From a virus (lineage: Duplodnaviria > Caudoviricetes), in IMG/VR virus record IMGVR_UViG_3300050821_010560, positions 1,927 through 65,926 of that record: DNA of 64,000 bases. One strand, 5' to 3'. Position numbers and translations under genes: made by a program. This document shows, in pieces, positions 8,787 through 18,226 of this stretch (positions within the stretch are counted from its first letter, which is position 1; each line of letters opens with the position of its first letter). The notes below the pieces were generated by a model. That model worked only from the letters and a program-made list of their open reading frames with translations, was not told where the DNA came from and made no database searches.

Positions 8787-10609
8787 TGCACCTCTCCCGA
8801 TATAAATGCTGTTGCACTCGCGGTCTTCGTAAAGCACCCAGTCGTGGAGAAACTAACCGTTATGCCTGTAGCAAAATTCAGCGGCGGACCTGGTATCCAA
8901 CTCGCGCCTAGCGTACCGTTAGCAGCAAGCTGGTAGCATTTCTTCGGTGTCACGGCGCCGTCAGCAGGCGCCGACGTGGCATCAAATACCAGGACAAAAC
9001 CGGCAGATGCGCCCGAAGTCACCTGGAAAGAATAGAGGTTCCCCGCACCAGCTTTAAGCACCAGGTTCGCTGCGGCCGATCCAGTTACGACCGGCGCAAT
9101 GCCCATGCTGGCGGTAGCGGTTGGGCCTACACCAACACGAAGGTCACCAGCGAGATCGAGGGAGAGGAGGTTAGTCTGGGCAGTTGTGTAGGCAGGTGCG
9201 GCGCTCGTGACAGCGCCCATAATCGGAGAACCGATCTGGCCCGAGGTCGTCGAACCTTGCGCAACACCACCAGTGATCTTCAAATTCTTGTTCGTGTCAA
9301 CCTGAAGCTGATCCCAGGTCGTACCGTTGAAGCCGTAAGTATAAGCGACCGTTGGCGTATTGGTGCTCGACGTAGCCACGCCGGATGAGGCATTGCTCGT
9401 TGCGCCTGTTGAACCACCGGCCTTGATGTTGACCAGGAGGTTGCCGGCACTGTCGAGCTGGAACGGGCTGACGTTGCCCGACGTGATCGTCGTTGGGCTG
9501 GTGTTGAACTGCCCACCGATGAGTATCGAGTTGGCCGGACTCGCGGCATTCTGACCAGCAAAATCTAAAACCGCACCAACATTACCAACGATGCGCGCAG
9601 TCCAGTTACCGGACTGGCTGGCGGGCACCGCCGATTGGTTGGAAGCGATCACGACCGGCAGGCTGGCCGCCATCGCGGCCTGCCCGATGGCAATCGCCGA
9701 GCCACCGACTTGCGTAAGATTCTGCGTCCATGGACCCGACGCCTGCGTGACGGCGCCAATAGTATTGGCTCCGGTCGGCAGGGCGGTATTGACCGTCACG
9801 TTCCAAGTGCCGCTTTGCGCGGCCTGCACTACGAATGTGCCGGTACCCACCACGGTAGCATTCAAGCTCGCAGCGGTCGCCTGCGACACTTGCACGGGCG
9901 TCATCGACGCAATGCCCTGCACGGTCAGCACCCCGGTCGCGGCTGAACCGGCGGTGCCCGAGCCGGTCACGAGCCAGGGCGTCGTGTTGGCGGTATTGCC
10001 CGGCTGCACCGTCCAGATACCCGACTGTGTGACCGCTTGTGGGGAAGCGAAAGTAATGGCTGGAAGGGTGGTGACGGTACCGATATTCCAGGTGCCCGAC
10101 TGCGTTGCCGCGACGGTGCCCGTGACCGTCACGGTGCCGAACGAGTTAGCGGCTATATTGACGTTGAGATTCTTGGAGGCGTCTACCCGCAGCCGGTCGA
10201 ACGTCGTACCGTTGAAGCCGTAGAGCCAGGCTATCGTCTGCCCGTTGGTCGCACTCGTCGCCACCGCATCGGACGCATTGCTGGAAGTGCCTCCGGCGCA
10301 TCCGACCGCGCAATTTATCAGCAGATTGGAAGAATTGTCCGCTGCCAAATTAACCATATTGGCGCCGTTCTTGACGCCGATAGCCGTACCGGTACCGGGA
10401 AACGCTGCGCCGAAGGTTGACGACGTGCCGCCAGATCCGCCGCCTGCTACCACATTAACCGGCAGCGGCGTAGTGGAGGAACAAGGCGCCCACGGATTGA
10501 TGCCGGAACCGGTATTGCACCAGAGCGCAACCGCGGTCTGCGCATCAGCCGGTGAATAGCCTAAAAAGCAAACCAGGAGCAGCAATAGTGCAGCGAGTCT
10601 GTAGCGCAT
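8783..10609 (-). CDS. secreted Ser/Thr/Gly-rich fibre-like protein with internal repeats
   Basis: Signal peptide MRYRLAALLLLLVCFLGYSPADA|QTA; QSGxW repeats; duplicated YGFNGTT(F/W)D module. Confidence 0.7.
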   Translation of the reverse strand: MRYRLAALLLLLVCFLGYSPADAQTAVALWCNTGSGINPWAPCSSTTPLPVNVVAGGGSGGTSSTFGAAFPGTGTAIGVKNGANMVNLAADNSSNLLINCAVGCAGGTSSNASDAVATSATNGQTIAWLYGFNGTTFDRLRVDASKNLNVNIAANSFGTVTVTGTVAATQSGTWNIGTVTTLPAITFASPQAVTQSGIWTVQPGNTANTTPWLVTGSGTAGSAATGVLTVQGIASMTPVQVSQATAASLNATVVGTGTFVVQAAQSGTWNVTVNTALPTGANTIGAVTQASGPWTQNLTQVGGSAIAIGQAAMAASLPVVIASNQSAVPASQSGNWTARIVGNVGAVLDFAGQNAASPANSILIGGQFNTSPTTITSGNVSPFQLDSAGNLLVNIKAGGSTGATSNASSGVATSSTNTPTVAYTYGFNGTTWDQLQVDTNKNLKITGGVAQGSTTSGQIGSPIMGAVTSAAPAYTTAQTNLLSLDLAGDLRVGVGPTATASMGIAPVVTGSAAANLVLKAGAGNLYSFQVTSGASAGFVLVFDATSAPADGAVTPKKCYQLAANGTLGASWIPGPPLNFATGITVSFSTTGCFTKTASATAFISGEVQ

Positions 10610-10618
10610 TGGTGCATC

Positions 10619-12994
10619 CTAGTTGTTAGCTATCAGCTCAACGGACATGCTGCCCCGCGTCGTGTTGGCGGTTGCCGACGACACGAAACGGAAGGCGATC
10701 AGCGCTCCCGCGGGGATGTTCGTCGGCCCGCCCTGGAAGCTGCATGTCGTAGCCGAGCCCGTGATCGTGCAGGCGGCTCCGGAAGCCGAGCCGTTCACCA
10801 GCAAAGTGGTAATGAAGGTCTGCACCCCTCCCGGCGAAGCCGTAGTGCTCACCTGAAGGTCGGCAGCCGTCATGCTGGTAGGGATGTAGGTGGCACAATT
10901 GGCTGCAGCACTTGTGTCGACGCAGCCGGTACCGACGAACGTCGTCGTATTCTGTGCCAGCGTCGCCGTGGAAACTCCTTGGTAGATAACGCCGTTCTTA
11001 ATAGACTGTAGCGACCCGCTTCCCGCCGAGTTCCAGGTGTTGGACCCTAAGATATAGCTCGACTGCGTGGTCGACACGCCATTGAGTGTCGAGGCGTTGG
11101 CCAGCAGAAAAGCATTGGTCGGTGTGACCGGCTGGCTCTCGGTCTCGAATGTCGTATTGAGCCAGGAGACGTTGGTGCTGGCCCCCAAAAACTGCACATA
11201 CTCAACACAACCGCCGGAAATTACCCCGCCATACCAGCCGATATTGTTAACCGTGTCGAGCATCACGCAATCGTTGTTCGCGCTTGCTCCCGCGAACTTG
11301 TGCATCTCGGTATTGAAAAAATGGATGTCGGATGTCGACTTGGTGCCGCTAGTCACCGTAGCAAAGGAGGAAGACAGCGTAGCCTGGTTGGTGCCGGTAA
11401 GCCGGATTACGTCCTGGGTACCGGCGCCAGGGAAGTAGTTGTAGAAATCACTACCGACGACACGCCAAGACGGCACACCGTAATCGTAAAGCGCCGCCAC
11501 GCTGTACTGTCCGGTGACATAGACCTCATCAATCATGAACCGGGTCGATACGCCAGACGCCACCTGAGCAATGAATATACCGGTGGTCGGTTGCGCCAGT
11601 GTCTGGAACGATCCTATCTGGAAACGGCTCAGCGTAACAAAAGACGAACCCGTTAAATCAAAGACATGCCAGGTCGCTGTATTAAGCGCGGCAGTGCCAG
11701 CCCACTCGTAGAGCACCGATTCGTTAATTCCATCGCCGTAATACGTAAGATGATTGGCACCGGTCGCATTGATCTTCTGGACCATGCAGGAACCGGTAGG
11801 ATGGTAGACCGGCCGACCGGACGATACGCCGGCCGCAATGGCGTTATTGATCGCGGTGGTATCGTCGGTACCGTACTCGACTATCTTGCCGGAAACCGAT
11901 CCTCCGGAGCTATTAGCAGCCCCTAAGACGACGTGCGTCGTGTCGGTAAAGCTCGTAATCGTGGTTGCCAGCACTACACCGGCCGCACCGGCTCCGGCAA
12001 CTTGAATCTCTTTTCCAACATCAGCTGCTGAAAAGTTCGCACTCGCGCTTGACAGCGTGAAGGAACCAGAACTCATGGCTCCATCAGATAGGATTGTGTA
12101 GTTGCACAAAGCCCCGTACTGCGGATCACGGATGTTCACAACCGGAGCAACTGTCGTGAACGTACAGTCTTCGCGCAAAAACCGCGTCGTCGAAGCGGTC
12201 GCCCCAGGATCGGGTACGAGGCCCTTGGCGTGACTTGCACCGGAAGCAACGCACGGATTTAAAAATGCCGTTACTGCAGCAGCCGTGGCAGCTATTCCAC
12301 CGTCGATGACATTTCCGCTTGCATCAAACTTGGACAGATTCCCGCTGGGCAGCGATCCGCTCGTGGTGGCAAAAACCGTTGTGTTCCCCGATCGGGTGCC
12401 GGATGACGGCGTGACGCCGGCTCCCCCGCCGATCACCGGGTTGTTGGCGGTGAGCACGCCGGAGGAAGTGAGGGCACCGGTCGCGGTATAGCCGGGGATA
12501 CCCCCCGATGTGCCGGCGCCGAGCGATACACCCGCATCACTCATCCCGCCCGATCCGTTAGTCTTCACGAGGTCGTTGTTCGTGAACGGGCCGGTGATGG
12601 TAGCGAATGTGGTGCCAGGTGAGCTGGGGAAAGATATCACCGTTCCGTTGATGACAATGTTGAGCCCTTGCGGTGCGGCACCACCGAAATTCTGCAAGCT
12701 GATCTGCGCATTGGCAGCCGTTGAGGCGGCAAGACAGAGCTGATTGTAGGCACCCGTAATTGCAGCGCTGTTCACGCAGATGCCGGGACCGCCGTTGTTA
12801 GTCACACCGAAACTGGTAGCTACGCCAGATGCCGCCGACCCACCGTCACCGATCACACCGGGAGCGAGCCAGACAGGGACGTGGCCGATCGTGACGAAAC
12901 CTGACTGCTGAACTGATTGACCATAGACAACCGTTATGGACGCCAAAAAAATTAGAAGGGGGGCAACGAGGTTTTTCAGCAGACGGTTTTTCAT
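10619..12994 (-). CDS. signal-peptide-bearing tailspike (pectate-lyase-like beta-helix)
   Basis: Start ATG 12994 (MKNRLLKNLVAPLLIFLASITVVYG|QSV); GLVPDPG..TRFLREDCTF fibre motif; VVNIRDPQYGA...DDTTAINNAIAA...VYHPTG start of beta-helix. Confidence 0.75.
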   Translation of the reverse strand: MKNRLLKNLVAPLLIFLASITVVYGQSVQQSGFVTIGHVPVWLAPGVIGDGGSAASGVATSFGVTNNGGPGICVNSAAITGAYNQLCLAASTAANAQISLQNFGGAAPQGLNIVINGTVISFPSSPGTTFATITGPFTNNDLVKTNGSGGMSDAGVSLGAGTSGGIPGYTATGALTSSGVLTANNPVIGGGAGVTPSSGTRSGNTTVFATTSGSLPSGNLSKFDASGNVIDGGIAATAAAVTAFLNPCVASGASHAKGLVPDPGATASTTRFLREDCTFTTVAPVVNIRDPQYGALCNYTILSDGAMSSGSFTLSSASANFSAADVGKEIQVAGAGAAGVVLATTITSFTDTTHVVLGAANSSGGSVSGKIVEYGTDDTTAINNAIAAGVSSGRPVYHPTGSCMVQKINATGANHLTYYGDGINESVLYEWAGTAALNTATWHVFDLTGSSFVTLSRFQIGSFQTLAQPTTGIFIAQVASGVSTRFMIDEVYVTGQYSVAALYDYGVPSWRVVGSDFYNYFPGAGTQDVIRLTGTNQATLSSSFATVTSGTKSTSDIHFFNTEMHKFAGASANNDCVMLDTVNNIGWYGGVISGGCVEYVQFLGASTNVSWLNTTFETESQPVTPTNAFLLANASTLNGVSTTQSSYILGSNTWNSAGSGSLQSIKNGVIYQGVSTATLAQNTTTFVGTGCVDTSAAANCATYIPTSMTAADLQVSTTASPGGVQTFITTLLVNGSASGAACTITGSATTCSFQGGPTNIPAGALIAFRFVSSATANTTRGSMSVELIANN

Positions 12995-13296
12995 GTCCGC
13001 CGCACAATCACGTTCACGCCCGCCACGAAGATCGCGTACATGCCAAGCCCGATGAGCTGCAGCACGTTCGGATCGGGCGTGGAGTGCCAGAGCCAAAAGA
13101 CCGAGGCGACGGTGGCAAGGCCGAACAGGTCGGCAAGCGCGATCAAAGCGCGCTTAGACAGCGCGGCTAAGCTGAGAAGAAGAATCTTGGTGGCGTGGCT
13201 ATGATCCGTAGGAGGAGCGGACTGGTCCGCCGGAGCCTCTTGCGAAGGCGGATCGGCGACCAGGGTGAATCTTGCCTGCGTCGGGCTCTCTGCCAT
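12991..13296 (-). CDS. two-TM inner-membrane protein
   Basis: Start 13296; LIALADLFGLATVASVFWLW and LQLIGLGMYAIFVAGVNVIV. Confidence 0.6.
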   Translation of the reverse strand: MAESPTQARFTLVADPPSQEAPADQSAPPTDHSHATKILLLSLAALSKRALIALADLFGLATVASVFWLWHSTPDPNVLQLIGLGMYAIFVAGVNVIVRRT

Positions 13297-13519
13297 CCTG
13301 CGCTTCCGGTTGCTGCAGGGTCTTGCGGAACGCGGCGAACGTATCGCCCTCGTCCGCCGGAGGCGCATCACCCTTGGTCTTAGCCAGGATCGCATAGTAG
13401 GCGGCGACCGCCTTGAAGGCGTCGAGCCTTTCGTGGAAAGGAAGGGGTTTTTCAGGAGTTTCGAGGCATTCCGTTATAAGTTTTTCCGCGAACCGGTCGA
13501 TATCGGCCTTGAGACTCAT
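13199..13519 (-). CDS. hypothetical protein
   Basis: Start 13519 MSLKADIDRFAEKL, coupled to the upstream stop. Confidence 0.55.
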   Translation of the reverse strand: MSLKADIDRFAEKLITECLETPEKPLPFHERLDAFKAVAAYYAILAKTKGDAPPADEGDTFAAFRKTLQQPEAQDGREPDAGKIHPGRRSAFARGSGGPVRSSYGS

Positions 13520-16500
13520 TGCACCGGCTCCAGTTCCTGCCCTTGATTCTGCTGCTGGTGCACGGCTTGTGACATTCCCGACCCACGTGCTCCGCCGCGA
13601 CGCATGGCTTCTCGAATCATTTCGCGCGCAGCTTCTTTCGCCTCCGGATCGCGGCTTTCCAACGCACGTTCGAGGAAGCGTAACGTTACAGGGCTCGTTA
13701 CCAGCTTGCGCATGGTCGCAAAATACTCTCCCAGCATCGACCGCGCCAGGAAATTGGCGCCAGGCAGCATCTTGACTGGTCCCGCGATTTTGCCGAGCCC
13801 GGTGATCACGCCCCACGGATGCTCGACCGTGGTTCTTGCCAACATGCCCGACGCGGTTCCCTCCTGCAACGATTTAGATGCTGTCCCTTGCAGCAAGGCC
13901 ATCTCTTTAGCGAGGCGCTGTGCAGTTTCCAGTTTTACACCGGGAAACATCAACTGCTGCACTTCCGGCGACACCTTGGCAAGGCGCTCACCGGGCGTGA
14001 GCGTGCCCTGAAGGATACGCTGTGCCCATATCTGACGCATCAAATTAAATTCTGCCGACTGCTCCCCTCCTTCGAATGCCTTGGACGCGGCAATGATCAA
14101 ATCCTCGTTGCCGAGAATGCGATCTACGGCTTCGGTCGCGAGCGTCGTCGGATCATAGAGGAAATGCAGCGGATCGGCCTTCTTCTCAGCCGTAAGCCGT
14201 TTCATCTCGATCTTGAGCGCTCCCAAAGGTTCACGTTTAGCCGCGGCCTTAAGTGCTTCCGCCGTCTGGTGTGCCTTGCCGATGATATCGCGCACCGTAT
14301 CGCCTTCCTTCGGCGTGATTTCCAGCCGTCCGCCCAACATCTCGATGCGGCGGGCCTGCTCGCGCAGCTCGCCCGCACCTTTGCTACCGTGCACGACCTC
14401 GAGCATGTTGTGCTGATCACGCTTGAGCACTTCCTTGGCAAATTTCTGTCCGTCTACCACGCCGGGCGTGAGCGTCTTGCTCAGGTCCAGCATTTCCTGC
14501 ACGTCGGATGCACGAATACCGGCCCACACGTTGGGACCAACGATGCTCTCGATCTTGCGCGCTACTTCCGTGCGACCATCCTTGAGAATTAGGTTGTTCA
14601 GCACCTTGGGATCGGCCGGCATGCCGGCGCGCAGCCCGTTTACCACGCCCTGTATCTGCGTATCGTTCAACGGACCCATGTTCTCGGCGTAGAATTTATC
14701 CGCTTCGCGCAAGGCGCGTGACGCTTCCTTGAGTTCCGGCACCGCGTGGGCATCGTGCAGGATCTGGTCTACTTTGCCGGCGAAAAACTTGTAAGTGCCG
14801 TTCCACTGGTCGGAAGTGAGATCGGACCAGTTGACGTTGCCGCGAAACTGGGAGCGCAGATTATGCAATTGCCCCCAGGTGGGCTCTACGGGCGGTTTTT
14901 CCCACTCGCCGGGAACAGGATTACCTTCCAGGTCGGTCTTCGGCTTACCCGCGAGATCGCGCAGCTTGCGCACGATATCGGGGTGCTTGGTTTGAAAGTC
15001 GCCCGGCAGATCCTCGATAAATTTTTCCGCTATCTGCGACAGCCCGGCGGCATCAGGCTTGATGTCGCCCGCCAGATGCTGCGCATTGTCGTACATGATG
15101 CGGGCACGCCCCTGGATACCCTCCCTAAAAGCCTTGATCTCCTCCCCGACCGTCCACCACAGGTCACCGCTGTTGTGTCCAGCTTTAGTCGCCTTCATGG
15201 CGGCATCGATATTGCCGCGGATATGGTCGAAACCCTGGTCGATCAAGCCTTGAGCAGCCTTGCGGGCGTCATCCGCATCCTTTCGCAACTGCTCGACGCG
15301 GATAGACTTCTCCGCTTGAGTCGAGGTTTTCATTCCCTCAAGCGTAGCGTTGAGCCTGGCATCCGCCTCAACCGATTTTTGCTGTGCCTTGGCAAGAATG
15401 GTTCGCCCGGCTTCCTCGGTACTGACCGCCGCGGTCGGTTTCTGGATCGACCCCTCGGTTTTTACCCCCATATCCTCGAGCAACTGCCCGGCTTCCCGCT
15501 CGTAGTGGCGTTGCGCCGACTGGTAGAGCGGTTTTTGGGTGTGCAAGGCAGGTTCCCGCACTTCCGTACTGATATGGATGTGCGGGGCTTCCTTGAAGAT
15601 GGCAGATGGAGGCGTTGCCGTACCAGGCTCGGTAATGCCAAGCTGTCCGAGGAAGCCATGCCCCGGCGTTTCGCCCTCTGTTGCCATCCGGGAAGCCATC
15701 TTGAGTGCTTCCGGGTCGGTACCGAGCACGTAATTTATCGCCTTGCCCGACCCGCGCGCCATCTGGCGGCCGGCTTCCTTGGCGACCGGCACGGCTGCCG
15801 AGATCATGCGGCCGGCACCCTCGCCGACCGCGCCGACCGCGCCGGATACGGCTAAATTCTTCGCCTCCTCAAGCGCCGTGCGATCATAGATGCCAGCCAG
15901 CTGTAGAACGATATCATTGATCGCCTGCCCCCCTGCTCCACCTATTCCTGCCCCGACAACGCCTCCGGCTACGGCGCCCGTGATATTGCCGGGGCCGGGT
16001 ACGGCGGTTCCTGCCGCGAAGCCTGCACCTCCACCGACCATCCCGCCAAGAACGGAACCGGTGATGGGGGCGGCCATGCCGGTAATCGCGCCGGGGATCG
16101 CAGTTGCCCCACGGCCGGGCTTGCGGCGCACACCGCCTTCCTCCTCGACGTAGAACTCACCCGATCCCTCCTCCTGCTTCACCTTGCCGGGGTAGGACCG
16201 CTCGAGCGCCTTGCGCCGCTCGGCATCGGTGAGCGACATGTCGTATAAAGTCTGCGCGGTGTAATCGATCCCTTCGAATTTCGGCTTCATCCGCCGCTCG
16301 CCGTTGGGATCGATGAAATGCTCCCCCTCCGGCACGACGGCGTAGTCAGCATCGGTGCTGACATACCAGGGTTTTTTGCGCGACTTGCCTTCCGGGTCCA
16401 GGAAATGCGATCCCGGCCGCAGCGCCTGATAACCGGCATCATCGGTGACCGTTGCCGGATGAAGCTCGGTACCGGGAGGACCGTAGTAACCATGTTTGCG

Positions 16501-16611
16501 CTGCGGCGTAATTCCGCGGGCCTGTAATGTCTCCTGCTCTTGCGGCGTGGGATTTGCAGGCGGAGAAACAGGGGTATCCTGCATCAGACCGACGACCTCG
16601 TCACTGGACAA
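13516..16611 (-). CDS. large internal virion / DNA ejection protein
   Basis: 1031 aa, alpha-helical, Gly-rich hydrophobic stretch; third of three ejection-type genes. Confidence 0.65.
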   Translation of the reverse strand: MSSDEVVGLMQDTPVSPPANPTPQEQETLQARGITPQRKHGYYGPPGTELHPATVTDDAGYQALRPGSHFLDPEGKSRKKPWYVSTDADYAVVPEGEHFIDPNGERRMKPKFEGIDYTAQTLYDMSLTDAERRKALERSYPGKVKQEEGSGEFYVEEEGGVRRKPGRGATAIPGAITGMAAPITGSVLGGMVGGGAGFAAGTAVPGPGNITGAVAGGVVGAGIGGAGGQAINDIVLQLAGIYDRTALEEAKNLAVSGAVGAVGEGAGRMISAAVPVAKEAGRQMARGSGKAINYVLGTDPEALKMASRMATEGETPGHGFLGQLGITEPGTATPPSAIFKEAPHIHISTEVREPALHTQKPLYQSAQRHYEREAGQLLEDMGVKTEGSIQKPTAAVSTEEAGRTILAKAQQKSVEADARLNATLEGMKTSTQAEKSIRVEQLRKDADDARKAAQGLIDQGFDHIRGNIDAAMKATKAGHNSGDLWWTVGEEIKAFREGIQGRARIMYDNAQHLAGDIKPDAAGLSQIAEKFIEDLPGDFQTKHPDIVRKLRDLAGKPKTDLEGNPVPGEWEKPPVEPTWGQLHNLRSQFRGNVNWSDLTSDQWNGTYKFFAGKVDQILHDAHAVPELKEASRALREADKFYAENMGPLNDTQIQGVVNGLRAGMPADPKVLNNLILKDGRTEVARKIESIVGPNVWAGIRASDVQEMLDLSKTLTPGVVDGQKFAKEVLKRDQHNMLEVVHGSKGAGELREQARRIEMLGGRLEITPKEGDTVRDIIGKAHQTAEALKAAAKREPLGALKIEMKRLTAEKKADPLHFLYDPTTLATEAVDRILGNEDLIIAASKAFEGGEQSAEFNLMRQIWAQRILQGTLTPGERLAKVSPEVQQLMFPGVKLETAQRLAKEMALLQGTASKSLQEGTASGMLARTTVEHPWGVITGLGKIAGPVKMLPGANFLARSMLGEYFATMRKLVTSPVTLRFLERALESRDPEAKEAAREMIREAMRRGGARGSGMSQAVHQQQNQGQELEPVQ

Positions 16612-18226
16612 CGGGGGCCTCCTGCCACTTCGGCCTGCCTATCGGCTTTTCAGGAGGCGCTTGCCCGCCTTCGGCGGGTGAACCCGTCCACTTGCCTTCG
16701 AGGCGTGACTCCACGTCTCCCCGCATCTTGGTGTACAGCCGCTTCACTTCCTCCAACGAACGCTTGGTGTTGGCGGTCGTGTCGCCAAGGCTCAAGCCAC
16801 CTATAATATCCGTGATCTTCTTGGCTTCCGCCGACAGCGGCCGGCCTTGCGAGTCGGTCAAAAGGCGAGGCGCTACGGCCTGCAGATACTCGATGTCGCG
16901 AGAGAACTGAACCCGGTCGGTATTCTTACTGCCAAAGATATTGCTGACCCGCTCTCCCGTACGCGTCGCCTTGCCGGCAATGCCCGCCGCGCCGATATAA
17001 TGGTCGAGCACGCCGATCGTCTGATCGATCTTACCCAGCGAGTTGCTGTACATATCGATGCGCGAGCGCAGCTCATCTTGCTTGTTACCGGTAATCGACG
17101 CAGCAGCACGCTTGACCTTGGCGATCGCCTCGACACGCGGCATGCCGGGATTTTTCTTCAGCTCCTCCTCAACTGCCATAGCTTCTTCCTTACCCATGCC
17201 GGGCACACCCCCGCCGCTAGTACCTCCAGTCTTACGGTGCTGGATCTCCTCGAGCTTGCGCGCAGTCGTCCAATCCGGATGCTCTAACGACACCTCCTCA
17301 TAAAGCCTCGCATCCATCTCTGCGCTTGTCTGGTAACGCGAAGGAGCAAATCCCTCCTGCACATCCCGCTGCCGCTGCTGCGCACGTATGAGCTTTTGCG
17401 TGGCTTCGAGAATCTTTGGCTGCTCACCGGTCTTCTGTGCCTCGGCCAGTTCATCCCGTGCGGTACGCACCTCTAAATAGGCAACCACCTTCTCGTGGTT
17501 CTCCGTCATACCGGTTTGCGCCTTGGTCAAACCAAGTGCCGCGTTGTTGCGCGCATCCAGCGTCTGATAAAGTTCGGGAATCATCCCATGCTGAATCATC
17601 AACATCGACTGCTGATCACCGAAACGGGAAGCAGCGTTCTGCAGCGCCACCTGTCCGGCATGTTGATCAGTTTCCATCAACTTGATCGCATCCTGGTAGA
17701 CCTGGTGCTGCATCTCGTGACGCTTGACCGCCAGATCGGTATTGTCCTTCCACGCCTGGTACGCGCGCTTATATTCATCCTCCTTGCCCGCTTTAACAGC
17801 GTTCATGGCGCTTGCCGCGGCATTGAGAGCGGAGTCCATCGGCATGTGGGTGAAAGCGGACGCCAAGATACCGAACACACTGCCGAAGGATCCGAAGGCT
17901 TCCACCGGGTCGTAGGCGTGCTTCTTGCTTTCCAGCTCAGCATCCCACTTCTTGGGCAAGGTGTCCGGACCGACACCCTCCGCCTCGAACGCCTTGTGCA
18001 CACGCGCTTGGTCAGCGCTCGTCTGCCCTTCCTGCTGGTGACGCAGACGCTCCTTCTCGCCGATCTCCGTGCGCTTGGCACTCACCAGATCGTCAAGCAG
18101 ATCCTTCGGCGGTGTGGCGGTTAAAGTATCGAAAACCGTCGTACTGCCGGCTTGCCCGCCGAAGCCCTCTTGGGCGGAGGCGGGTGAAGAAGGAGCTTCC
18201 GCAGTCTCAGGCACCGCTTGTCCCAC
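16601..18226 (-). CDS. internal virion / DNA ejection protein
   Basis: 541 aa coiled-coil-like; synteny. Confidence 0.6.
   Translation of the reverse strand: MGQAVPETAEAPSSPASAQEGFGGQAGSTTVFDTLTATPPKDLLDDLVSAKRTEIGEKERLRHQQEGQTSADQARVHKAFEAEGVGPDTLPKKWDAELESKKHAYDPVEAFGSFGSVFGILASAFTHMPMDSALNAAASAMNAVKAGKEDEYKRAYQAWKDNTDLAVKRHEMQHQVYQDAIKLMETDQHAGQVALQNAASRFGDQQSMLMIQHGMIPELYQTLDARNNAALGLTKAQTGMTENHEKVVAYLEVRTARDELAEAQKTGEQPKILEATQKLIRAQQRQRDVQEGFAPSRYQTSAEMDARLYEEVSLEHPDWTTARKLEEIQHRKTGGTSGGGVPGMGKEEAMAVEEELKKNPGMPRVEAIAKVKRAAASITGNKQDELRSRIDMYSNSLGKIDQTIGVLDHYIGAAGIAGKATRTGERVSNIFGSKNTDRVQFSRDIEYLQAVAPRLLTDSQGRPLSAEAKKITDIIGGLSLGDTTANTKRSLEEVKRLYTKMRGDVESRLEGKWTGSPAEGGQAPPEKPIGRPKWQEAPVVQ
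16659..16682. repeat. palindromic element, short copy, inside a CDS
   Basis: GCTTGCCCGCC-TTC-GGCGGGTGAA. Confidence 0.6.
18149..18188. repeat. palindromic element, inside a CDS
   Basis: GGCTTGCCCGCC-GAAGCCCTCTTGGGCGGA-GGCGGGTGAA. Confidence 0.75.

Noticed and set aside
2881-12994. Diversity-generating retroelement or invertible tail-fibre shufflon
   Set aside because: No reverse transcriptase, no near-identical TR/VR pair, all genes co-oriented, no inverted crossover sites seen
14746-15855. 369-aa plus-strand ORF and similar long antisense ORFs (32973-33956, 13819-14592, 18432-19199)
   Set aside because: Shadows of well-supported minus-strand genes
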